Shown: piece by piece, positions 54,143 through 64,000 of the stretch
Position numbering within the stretch: the stretch's first letter is position 1
How the letters are laid out: each line of letters opens with the position of its first letter
Assembly: GCA_965226055.1 (NCBI GenBank)
Contig: CBDDCA010000006.1
Coordinates: forward strand, 640,001-704,000
Direction: 5' to 3'
DNA from: Spirochaetia bacterium
Lineage (GTDB): Bacteria > Spirochaetota > Spirochaetia > WTKD01 > G963693115
DNA length: 64,000 bases
Notes under the pieces: generated by a model
Told to the model about the DNA's origin: nothing
Databases searched by the model: none
The model's input: the letters and a program-made list of their open reading frames with translations, nothing else
Position numbers and translations under genes: made by a program

Positions 54143-54176
54143 AAAAAAAGGAGAGAAGCAATGCTCTCCTTTTTTT
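54143..54176. terminator. Bidirectional rho-independent terminator
   Basis: aaaaaaaggagag-aagcaatg-ctctccttttttt between convergent genes. Confidence 0.85.
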
Positions 54177-54196
54177 CGTCAGTATCTTAGTATCTA

Positions 54197-55519
<1,323 letters not shown>

Positions 55520-55628
55520 TTATTTCTATTATAGTAGTTTATGCTATTTAATGAGTGCAGAGTATAAGGAAATCTTATAAGTATATAGCATAAGTAATTT
55601 ATTCTGTTTCTTATATAATAGTACATAC

Positions 55629-57749
55629 ATGCAAGATATTCTTGAAACAAAAAATATGCAGGATATATTTTCACAAGTGTTATTTAAGAATGATACTTCT
55701 TTATATCCACGCGAAGAACAACTCCATCTATCAGAAAAAATTGTTGAAACTATTGAAAATGGAGGCTCTTTGATTGCAGAGGCAGGTACAGGAGTAGGAA
55801 AATCCTTTGCATACTTAGTGCCTGCTCTTCTCTATGCTCATCAGGGACATAAGATTATTATCATTACCGCAACAATAAACCTACAACATCAGCTATACGA
55901 TAATGATATTCCGCGATTACAAGCATTGTTAGATACCGATGTTCCTGTAACAGTACTAAAAGGAAAACAAAATTATCTCTGTAAAGACAGAGCGCTCTCT
56001 TTGTTACAACCAAATCAAGAAGAGCTGTTTAGTATAGAAGGAATGCAAGAATTACGTCAGTGGGTACAACAGACTAGCACTGGAGACAAAGAAGAGTTAG
56101 TACAGCAATACAATGTTTCTTCTTTGTTATGGCAAGACATATGCACTGATTCGTATAGCTGTGGTGGAGCAGTATGTGCAAGAAAAAATCATGAAGGATG
56201 CTTTTTTAGTGAAGCAAGAAAAAAAGTGTTTCATGCGGGAATAATAATAACAAACTACAGCATGTTAGCGGTGCATATTCGTACGCTTCTGCAACAAGAT
56301 AGAAAGGATACTGGAAGCACCGAATCAACGCTTCTTCCTGAGGATGCAGTGTATATTTTAGATGAAGCTCATAAGCTCCCTTCTATTATCCGTGAGGGGT
56401 TGAGTGAAGGTATTTCAGAGCAAGAATATCGTCAGGTGCATGATGTATTGATTGGAAAGCATGGAGTCGTTGCTGAAATTCGAAAAAGACAAGGAGAGCT
56501 ACGACAAGATCAAATACAACCGATTTCTTTGTATGAAAAACAGTTTGAGATTGTATTACAGCAGATAGTAACACTTACGAATGTTGTAACAGAATATATG
56601 CATCGTTCTTCTGAAGCACAAAGAAGTGCAATCTCTGTAAGTATGAATTTTGACATTATCCTCAACGATAGATCTATTTCGGATACTGCAATATCTCTCT
56701 TTGGTGAGCTTTCAAAACATATAGATGTATTGATACAGCGTGTATCTCAAATCAAAGATGCGTTTCCCAGTGAGGTAGCTCTTGAAAATGCTATACAAAG
56801 CCAATGTCGTTGGTGGGAACAACAACAGGTGCTTTGTTTACAGTTTAGTGAACACGCAAATAATTCATCATTTATACGATGGTGTGAATTACGAGAAGAA
56901 AAAAAACAAGTGGGGCTTAGTTTTTTTACTACACAGCTTACTGTAAACAATGTTCTTGAACAGCATTTTTTTAACAAAATTCCAGTAAGCATATGTACAA
57001 GTGCTACATTATCAACATTTAAGACCTTTGAGTTTTGGAAGCGACAAACAGGGACAGAACATGTTACAAACACAGTCCTTTTGCCATCTCCTTTTCCTTA
57101 TAAAGAGAGGGTACTTCTTTCTATTCCAACCGATGCTCCCAGTGTACAGGATCATCAGCAGTATGTATACTATTTACAGTCGCAGCTTACAAAGCTCATA
57201 CAGCTTGCAGATGGTAAAACATTGATATTATGCACGAGTAACGCAATGGTATATCAGATAAGCACATTCTTAAAAACACAATTTCAAAATAGTGCATGGA
57301 ACATACTTGCACAAGATGGAAGCACAAGTACTACAATGTTGGCAAAACAATTTCGAGAAGATATACACAGTGTACTCATAGCAACGAATAGCTTTTGGGA
57401 AGGATTTGATGCACCGGGAGAAACACTTCGTTTGCTTGTTCTTACGCGTATTCCTTTTACTTCTCCCTCCAATCTTTTTTTTAAGGAAGAAAGTCGCATG
57501 TTAGAACAGTATGGAAAAAATCCTTTTTTTTCTCTTTCTCTTCCACAAGCCGAAATGCGATTACGACAAGGGTTCGGAAGACTTATGAGGCATCATAATG
57601 ACGGAGGGGTTGTGTTTATTTCAGATAACAGAATGCTCAGTAAAAAGTATGGGAATCAGCTTATTGATACATTGCCAGAATGTAAAACCTGCTTTCAAAA
57701 TACAGATACAATTCTTGCGGAAATAAAAAATCATTTGATGACTTTATAG
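55629..57749 (+). CDS. dinG: DinG/YoaA-family ATP-dependent DNA helicase
   Basis: EAGTGVGKS, Fe-S cysteines, DEAH, SATL, FWEGFD.PG, QGFGRL.R. Confidence 0.88.
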   Translation: MQDILETKNMQDIFSQVLFKNDTSLYPREEQLHLSEKIVETIENGGSLIAEAGTGVGKSFAYLVPALLYAHQGHKIIIITATINLQHQLYDNDIPRLQALLDTDVPVTVLKGKQNYLCKDRALSLLQPNQEELFSIEGMQELRQWVQQTSTGDKEELVQQYNVSSLLWQDICTDSYSCGGAVCARKNHEGCFFSEARKKVFHAGIIITNYSMLAVHIRTLLQQDRKDTGSTESTLLPEDAVYILDEAHKLPSIIREGLSEGISEQEYRQVHDVLIGKHGVVAEIRKRQGELRQDQIQPISLYEKQFEIVLQQIVTLTNVVTEYMHRSSEAQRSAISVSMNFDIILNDRSISDTAISLFGELSKHIDVLIQRVSQIKDAFPSEVALENAIQSQCRWWEQQQVLCLQFSEHANNSSFIRWCELREEKKQVGLSFFTTQLTVNNVLEQHFFNKIPVSICTSATLSTFKTFEFWKRQTGTEHVTNTVLLPSPFPYKERVLLSIPTDAPSVQDHQQYVYYLQSQLTKLIQLADGKTLILCTSNAMVYQISTFLKTQFQNSAWNILAQDGSTSTTMLAKQFREDIHSVLIATNSFWEGFDAPGETLRLLVLTRIPFTSPSNLFFKEESRMLEQYGKNPFFSLSLPQAEMRLRQGFGRLMRHHNDGGVVFISDNRMLSKKYGNQLIDTLPECKTCFQNTDTILAEIKNHLMTL

Positions 57750-57761
57750 TATACTATATAC

Positions 57762-58523
57762 ATGCTAGGAAAAATATCACTATATGGTGCCGGAAAAACT
57801 GGCATTCAGGCACTTGTATATTTACTGAAAAAAATTCAAATGCCTATTGTTTTTTACGATGAAAATACAAGCTATGTACAAGGAATCAGTCTTGATGCTA
57901 TGCAGTCTACTGTGTTAGTACAAAGTAATACATATGTACAAGTAGCACATGATGCAAGTGAGTTAGAAAATGCAAATGTACTCATTGTATGTGAAAACAC
58001 TGAGAATAAAGTAGCTATAGATTGGTCTGTGGTAGCAAAAAGTGCTTCGATAATAATCATTGCAACACAGGATACCTCAGTCATCAACGATGCAATACAA
58101 GCTGGTATTTCAAAAGAAAAGATTTTGGGAGTGCATGGTGTTGCTGATGCAGGTGTGTTATGTTCTTCTGCTGCAAACATTCTTGCAATATCCTCTTTAG
58201 ATATTCAAGCTATGGTATTTGGGGGAATAGCAAAAGATTTTAAGAGTAATCCGTCCTTTGTGAGAGCAGGGGGTATTCCTATAGACGAAATACAAGCAGG
58301 GAGCTATGAACAAGCCCTACAGCATGCGAAAAAAACGGTATTTTCTCTATATGGAGAGCTATGGAGTCACCATTACAGGCTTTCAAGTGCAGCAGTTCGC
58401 TTAGTAACTGTATTACTGAGTGGACAAACAACTCTTTTGCCTATTACCAGTACAGATACTACTATACCAGCCCTTGTGAACAATGCGGGAGTTATACAAT
58501 GGTATCCTGAGCTTTGTAAATAA
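57762..58523 (+). CDS. Degenerate malate/lactate dehydrogenase-fold protein (catalytic residues lost)
   Basis: Rossmann GAGKTG; collinear with neighbouring MDH but GGHG->GGIA. Confidence 0.7.
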   Translation: MLGKISLYGAGKTGIQALVYLLKKIQMPIVFYDENTSYVQGISLDAMQSTVLVQSNTYVQVAHDASELENANVLIVCENTENKVAIDWSVVAKSASIIIIATQDTSVINDAIQAGISKEKILGVHGVADAGVLCSSAANILAISSLDIQAMVFGGIAKDFKSNPSFVRAGGIPIDEIQAGSYEQALQHAKKTVFSLYGELWSHHYRLSSAAVRLVTVLLSGQTTLLPITSTDTTIPALVNNAGVIQWYPELCK

Positions 58524-58539
58524 TAATGATAAGGATGTA

Positions 58540-59517
58540 ATGATGAAACAAAAAAAAATTACTATTATTGGTGGAGGAAATGTAGGAGCGTCTGTTGCTC
58601 ATTATGTAGCACAGACAGTAGAAGGCTCTCACCAAGTACCTAATACTATTGTGCAAATTATTGATATTGTACCTCATTTAACTCAAGAAAAAGCGTTTGA
58701 TTTTAATATAGCAGCAAATTTTGTGCCGTATAAATCGGTATTTGAAAGCAGCGAAACACTTTCGGATATGAAAGATGCCGATATTGTAGTCCATACTGCA
58801 GGTATAGCACGAAAACCAGGAATGGATAGGTTAGATCTTATAAAAACAAATGTAAAAATTGCCCGTGAAGCATCACAAGCAATAAAAACATATGCTCCTA
58901 ATGCTATTGTAATTGTTGTTGCAAATCCACTTGATGTTATAGCAATGACCTGCTTTAAGGAAACAGGGTTTCCTAAAGAACGGGTTATTGGTATGGCAGG
59001 AGTCTTGGATAGTGCAAGGAATAGTTTTTTTATAGCAGAAGCAATAGGAAAGAAATATAAGGTAGCTCCTGTACAGAGCAGTCAAGTGGATACACAGGTA
59101 TTAGGGGGACATGGTGATGCAATGGTACCCTTAACACAATATTCTTCTGTTGCTGGTGTCCCTGCACATATGTTTTTAGAGAATGAGCAGCTTACACAGT
59201 TAGAAGATCGTACTTGTCATGGTGGAGCAGAGATAGTAGGGTATCTTAAAACAGGGAGTGCTTTTTATGCACCAGCAGCTTCAGTAAATCAAATGATAAC
59301 CGCTATAATTCTTAGTGAAAAACGTATTGTGCCTGCATCGGTATATTTGAACGGAGAATATGGCTATAAAGATATATTCTTAGGAGTGCCTATTATCATG
59401 GGGAGCAAAGGAATAGAAAAAATTATAGAGTTACCTCTTAATGAAAAACAAAAAGAATTCATGCAAAGCTCTGTAAAAATGGTGCAATCAGGGTTAGAAC
59501 AGCTTAATACTCTGTAG
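58540..59517 (+). CDS. mdh: Malate dehydrogenase (LDH-like)
   Basis: GGGNVG, ARKPGMDR, NPLD, LDSAR, GGHGD; SD AAGGA before ATG 58540. Confidence 0.93.
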   Translation: MMKQKKITIIGGGNVGASVAHYVAQTVEGSHQVPNTIVQIIDIVPHLTQEKAFDFNIAANFVPYKSVFESSETLSDMKDADIVVHTAGIARKPGMDRLDLIKTNVKIAREASQAIKTYAPNAIVIVVANPLDVIAMTCFKETGFPKERVIGMAGVLDSARNSFFIAEAIGKKYKVAPVQSSQVDTQVLGGHGDAMVPLTQYSSVAGVPAHMFLENEQLTQLEDRTCHGGAEIVGYLKTGSAFYAPAASVNQMITAIILSEKRIVPASVYLNGEYGYKDIFLGVPIIMGSKGIEKIIELPLNEKQKEFMQSSVKMVQSGLEQLNTL

Positions 59518-59536
59518 TATACTGAAATGCGTTTGT

Positions 59537-60298
59537 ATGTGTTTGAAAAATAGTATTGTTTCTCCTAAAAAAGACGAGTATGCTTGTATCATCATTGGTG
59601 ATGAAATACTTGATGGGCATGTTGATGAATGCAATATGTCAGTGCTTATTCATAACTTATATCCTTTAGGATATAGGCTACAAGAGCTTCGTATTGTATC
59701 AGATGATATTGACTCTTTAAGTCTTGCTATCAATGAAGTGCGTAAAAAATTTCATATGCTTATTACCATTGGTGGATTAGGAGCAACACATGATGATAGA
59801 ACTATGGCAGCGTTTGCGAAAAGTTTTCAACAGGAGCTTGTCATACATCAAGATATGCTTCGGTTTTTATATCAGCGTCCACGTACAACAAAGGAAATGC
59901 AAGAGGCGGTAACTCGTATGAGTACCATGCCAAAAGAAACAGAGATTATTCAGCTAGACGATAGGTGGCCAATTATCAAAATTGATAATTGTTTTGCTCT
60001 GCCGGGACTCCCCAGTATTTGCAAAGTTACTATTGAAAAACTAGCAAAAGTGCTTCCAAACCAAAATAAGACTTTTTATAAGGAATGTTTTGTCAATATT
60101 CGAGAATACCAATATTTTTCATGGCTTGAAACATTCTCAAAAAAATGGAAAGCAATAACAATAGGATCCTATCCTATACAAGAAAAGGGAAATATAGTGT
60201 CTAAAATTTCTATTACAGGAAAAGAAAATACTACTGTAGATGCCTGTTATAATGAAATTGTTATGTATTTTACATCAAAAAATGCAATTATCACTTAA
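59537..60298 (+). CDS. CinA-like molybdopterin-binding domain protein
   Basis: IGDEILDG...N, IVSDD, GGLGATHDDRT, LPGLP. Confidence 0.85.
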   Translation: MCLKNSIVSPKKDEYACIIIGDEILDGHVDECNMSVLIHNLYPLGYRLQELRIVSDDIDSLSLAINEVRKKFHMLITIGGLGATHDDRTMAAFAKSFQQELVIHQDMLRFLYQRPRTTKEMQEAVTRMSTMPKETEIIQLDDRWPIIKIDNCFALPGLPSICKVTIEKLAKVLPNQNKTFYKECFVNIREYQYFSWLETFSKKWKAITIGSYPIQEKGNIVSKISITGKENTTVDACYNEIVMYFTSKNAIIT

Positions 60299-60300
60299 TT

Positions 60301-60999
60301 ATGTCTTTATATACACACATAGGATCGCTTGATTCGAATATTACAAAGCCCATAGGTATTTTCTTGCATGGCTTTGGTGCAAATGCACAAAACATATACC
60401 CTGTGGCAGATTCTTTTACCGAAGTAATAGAGGACTGGTATCTTCCAGAAGGGATAATTGATTTAAGTGCCTATACAGGATATGCTGGAAGAGCATGGTT
60501 TCCTAATACACTTGCAGATATACACGCTGCGTTACAAGGAGAATACTGGAAGCGCTTATCTTTGCTTGATGATCCTAGCATTCTTCATGCAGCAGAACAT
60601 GTTTATGCACATATCACAGAGCTTGGGTTATTGCATCGTCCAATTGTGTTAGCAGGATTTAGCCAAGGAGCAATGATGTGTACCGAACTTGCGTTATTGT
60701 TCTTACAACACTCAATTCCTATTTCGGCTATTATTTTGTTTTCAGGATCTCTTATTGCACAACAACGATGGAACGATACTATGAAATCATATGAAACAGC
60801 AACATTAGTACAGACAATGCCTATTATTCAATTTCATGGAAACGAAGATGCTGTGTTATCGCTTGCAAATGGAGAGGCATTGTATTCTTTTTGGAAACAA
60901 TATACCAATGCTATTCAATTTCACATTTTTGATGGAATGCACACTATTCCTCTCTCTGCTATTTTGAAAGCAAAGCAATTTCTTCGTGATGTACTTTAG
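60301..60999 (+). CDS. Phospholipase/carboxylesterase family alpha/beta hydrolase
   Basis: LHGFGA, GRAWF, GFSQG, HGNED, GMH. Confidence 0.88.
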   Translation: MSLYTHIGSLDSNITKPIGIFLHGFGANAQNIYPVADSFTEVIEDWYLPEGIIDLSAYTGYAGRAWFPNTLADIHAALQGEYWKRLSLLDDPSILHAAEHVYAHITELGLLHRPIVLAGFSQGAMMCTELALLFLQHSIPISAIILFSGSLIAQQRWNDTMKSYETATLVQTMPIIQFHGNEDAVLSLANGEALYSFWKQYTNAIQFHIFDGMHTIPLSAILKAKQFLRDVL

Positions 61000-61051
61000 T
61001 AAGGGTTTTTTGCTATTACCGTTACAAAGCAATATTGTATGTGCTTATCTT

Positions 61052-61855
61052 TTATTGTTTCATTTTTAGTAATTGGATAGGGAGATTACTCAATAGCGTT
61101 TCTCTTAAAGATAATGTAATGTAGTACGGTGTACTGTTGTGTTTATCGATAAAATACCAAGTTCCTGGAAAGAACAAAGATATCTCTTTTGTCTCTGGAG
61201 TAATATGAGGTATCCAAAGAGAAGTGCTTATAAGATTCATAGTGTGAGGAGATAGTGATAGTTTTATACTTTTTTTAGCTTTAACACTCCAGTAATTAAA
61301 TGTGTTGTCTGCTATATCCTGTATTATTTCTAATTTTTCTATGGGGGCATGGGGTGATTTTTTTTCTATAGTGGATAGAAGTTTTTTATTGTTCAAGAGT
61401 TCTGCTGTAACTTTTCTTGCATAAAGAAAAAGAAGAAGCTCAGAGCTTTGTGCTTTAGAGGTAAATTCTAACATAATTTTGTTTTCGACCATATCATAGG
61501 GAGCAGTTGCTCCTGCCGATAAAGGGCAATAAAATAAAGTGCTGTGTATATGTTTCTGTTGTTTCTGTAAATGCATGCCTTCGTATTCTACGCATGCTAG
61601 TAATGGCATATTTTGTATTTTTTGTAATTCTATTGTGATAGATCCATTAAGTGTAGCAGTAGTATGAGAAACAGTGTTTTTGTTTCCAATATAGTATATT
61701 ATCCATTGTTTTTGGGCTTTTGCAATATATTCTGTAGGGATAGTGGGTACTTGTACTTCAACGGTGATAGTCTGAAACAAGTGTTCACAAGAGAATATGT
61801 GTATTGATAGCATAACAACAAAGAAGAGTTTACACACTATATGCTTCTGTTTCAT
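61052..61855 (-). CDS. Hypothetical lipoprotein
   Basis: 267-aa ORF; signal peptide ending IFSC. Confidence 0.65.
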   Translation of the reverse strand: MKQKHIVCKLFFVVMLSIHIFSCEHLFQTITVEVQVPTIPTEYIAKAQKQWIIYYIGNKNTVSHTTATLNGSITIELQKIQNMPLLACVEYEGMHLQKQQKHIHSTLFYCPLSAGATAPYDMVENKIMLEFTSKAQSSELLLFLYARKVTAELLNNKKLLSTIEKKSPHAPIEKLEIIQDIADNTFNYWSVKAKKSIKLSLSPHTMNLISTSLWIPHITPETKEISLFFPGTWYFIDKHNSTPYYITLSLRETLLSNLPIQLLKMKQ

Positions 61856-61897
61856 ATATGTGATACTATAAAAACATCGTCTTTGATTTATAAAAAA

Positions 61898-62821
61898 CTA
61901 AGAAAATGAAAAATGTAACAAAGATGTGTCTGTTTTTAAGAAAGTGCCTATGATATGAAAAGAAACAACTAATTTTTGTATTTTTTGTAAACAGCGTTGT
62001 AATGTTTTCTGTGTAATAGTATAATCTAATTCTACGACAAACTGATATGCCCATGGCTTTCCGATAATAGGGCGTGATTCTATTTTATGTAAGTTTATAT
62101 CATATTGTGCGAAAATTTCTAAACAATGAAGTAAAGAGCCAGTTTCATCTTTTACTGAAAAGATAATAAGTCCGGCGTATCGTTGTTTTTCCTGTGTACG
62201 AGATACTGTATAGGATGCAGTTTCTTTGTGTGTTATAATAGCAAATCGTGTGTAATTGTGTGAATGTGATTCTATGCCTTCTTTTAATATTTTTAAGTTA
62301 TATATGTCTGCTGCTTTTTTTGAGGCAATGGCTGCATTATAGGGCTTGTTTTCTTTGGCAACATATTGTACTGCTGCAGCGGTATCCCTAAAAGGCACTA
62401 CTGTCCAGTGTTTATGTCGATTTAGATATTCTTGACATTGTCCAATACCGGGTAATTGTGAATACACAGTAGTAATATCACGTATAGCAGTATGCGGTAA
62501 CCCTATAAGATTATGCACAATCCGTAAGGTAATATCTGCAATAGCACGTATGTCAGTAAAACGCAAAAAATTGTCAAAAGAATCAAACACAGTACCAATT
62601 AAAGTATTTTCTATTGGGATAACAGCGTAGGTACAGGTTTTTTCTGATATAGCTGTAAACACTTGCTCAAAAGTATGAAATGCCTTTCGAGAAATAGATG
62701 CTCCAAAACATTGTTCTACTGCCTGCTCACTAAAAGAGCCTCTACTTCCTTGAAATGCTACTGAAGTATGTTTATGTAAAGAAGGAAGGGTAATGTTTGT
62801 GTCGTTTGAATGTGAAGCCAT
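61898..62821 (-). CDS. pheA: Prephenate dehydratase
   Basis: FQGSRGSFSE, PIENTLIG, NYTRF, ACT with IESRP. Confidence 0.92.
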   Translation of the reverse strand: MASHSNDTNITLPSLHKHTSVAFQGSRGSFSEQAVEQCFGASISRKAFHTFEQVFTAISEKTCTYAVIPIENTLIGTVFDSFDNFLRFTDIRAIADITLRIVHNLIGLPHTAIRDITTVYSQLPGIGQCQEYLNRHKHWTVVPFRDTAAAVQYVAKENKPYNAAIASKKAADIYNLKILKEGIESHSHNYTRFAIITHKETASYTVSRTQEKQRYAGLIIFSVKDETGSLLHCLEIFAQYDINLHKIESRPIIGKPWAYQFVVELDYTITQKTLQRCLQKIQKLVVSFHIIGTFLKTDTSLLHFSFS

Positions 62822-62829
62822 GATAAATA

Positions 62830-63582
62830 TTATATTTCTTCCGTATTGATAAGAGGATATTTTTCTTTCATATATTGAGAAAATTTTTGTATAAGAATGG
62901 TAGTATATCTATTTATTTTTTTTATATAGTTTTGTGTAGTGAGAGGAATAATACCTCGTAATGGTCGACTTGGGCCTGCATTGTATACTGCAAGGGCTTT
63001 GTCTGTGTTGTTCATAAGAGAGTATGCGTATTTTAGGTATTGGGTTCCTAGCATAACATTTGTCTCTAAATCAAATAACTCTTCTTGTGTTAAATGTCTA
63101 AATGTTCTTGAATTTAATTGAAATAAACCAAAATCCTGTGAGGTGCTATTTGAGTTTGAAGCATTAGGGTTAAAGTTACTCTCAGTAAACACAAGAGCAA
63201 ATACTGTTTCAATGGGTAAATGCTCCTTTTCTATAAAAAATAAAATTGTTTCTGTTATTTTCTGTGAGCCTACTGTTTCTACAAGAAAATTATATACATC
63301 ATCTTGAATAAGCGGTTCTTCATATAAGGCACTGATAGGCCTTTCACTGTTGAGGTATGTCCGTACCTGTAATGCTAATTGGCTAGCTGAATGAGCATGA
63401 TTACTGTATTGTATTTGTGGTATTTGTTCGGTAATTGTTGTATTGAGTTCGTTGCTGTTTTTTATAGAGATCATGTTTTTAGTATGGTATTCACTTCCTC
63501 CTTGAAAAAGCAAAGCAATAAACATCAAGCATATGATGATATTTTTTTTTGAAACAAAACGAGAATATATTGTATAGTTCAT
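62830..63582 (-). CDS. Lytic transglycosylase (SLT domain)
   Basis: ESNFNPNA, GLFQLN, YNAGP. Confidence 0.88.
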   Translation of the reverse strand: MNYTIYSRFVSKKNIIICLMFIALLFQGGSEYHTKNMISIKNSNELNTTITEQIPQIQYSNHAHSASQLALQVRTYLNSERPISALYEEPLIQDDVYNFLVETVGSQKITETILFFIEKEHLPIETVFALVFTESNFNPNASNSNSTSQDFGLFQLNSRTFRHLTQEELFDLETNVMLGTQYLKYAYSLMNNTDKALAVYNAGPSRPLRGIIPLTTQNYIKKINRYTTILIQKFSQYMKEKYPLINTEEI

Positions 63583-64000
63583 ATGTTTACCGCAAGAAAA
63601 GAAATACCTATAAATGTTCCTATGGAACTTCCTATTGAGCTTGCTAAAATTACCAGCAATATTCTGCTTACTCTGTTTTTATAGAGAGATTTTATTGATA
63701 GCTTTAACTCTTGTAACTCAGCAATATCTCGCCCTGTAGGCTTTCGAAACATAGTTTCTGATATGCCTGTAAACATGCCTACCCCTATTAAGGGGCTTAA
63801 TGAAGTGATAGGGGCAGCGAGAAAGCTCACTATTATTGTTATAGGATGTGCTAAAGCTACTAAAGAAACAGCGGCACTTGCTATTCCATTTATCATCCAC
63901 CATGCTAGTATGTTTTGTCCTACTTGTTGCCAGCCACTGTTTATAAAGCTATATACAAATAAAGCTATAATGCCTGCAGGTACAAGTAATGTAAGCCATG
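63579..64000 (-). CDS. TraB/GumN (pheromone shutdown) family protein, 5' partial
   Basis: AHPITI..AP.TSL.P.IGVG..G..E...RKP...D..NRV.RILLV..SSIGS; the frame stays open to the window end. Confidence 0.8.
   Translation of the reverse strand, partial: WLTLLVPAGIIALFVYSFINSGWQQVGQNILAWWMINGIASAAVSLVALAHPITIIVSFLAAPITSLSPLIGVGMFTGISETMFRKPTGRDIAELQELKLSIKSLYKNRVSRILLVILASSIGSSIGTFIGISFLAVNI

Overview
AT-rich bacterial chromosome segment, most consistent with a host-associated spirochaete. This is inferred from spirochaete-type lipoprotein signal peptides, HrpA, TraB and divergent gyrase; the taxon is not proven. The window appears to span the replication origin: parA-parB, then an AT-rich gap with a (TAG)5 DnaA-trio-like array, then dnaN-recF-dciA. 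Three parS sites lie next to gyrA, but dnaA is absent. Housekeeping genes include leuS, hisS, serA, eno, mdh, pheA, gyrBA, add, gabD, birA, glnE, hrpA and dinG, plus two ABC transporters. Accessory content: (i) four large mosaic FN3/DUF285(BspA-like) surface lipoproteins, three in tandem with 2, 1 and 3 copies of a 363-bp repeat and one frameshifted at a G14 tract; (ii) a small defence-like islet with a Panacea (DUF4065) antitoxin gene directly upstream of a stand-alone class III nucleotidyl cyclase, and a divergent orphan hsdS with an in-frame C20 tract; (iii) a GmrSD-like gene broken at an A8 tract; (iv) an apparently catalytically dead MDH paralogue upstream of mdh. The Panacea-cyclase pair is the best candidate for an undescribed system. 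All family assignments come from motif recognition by eye; no searches were run.
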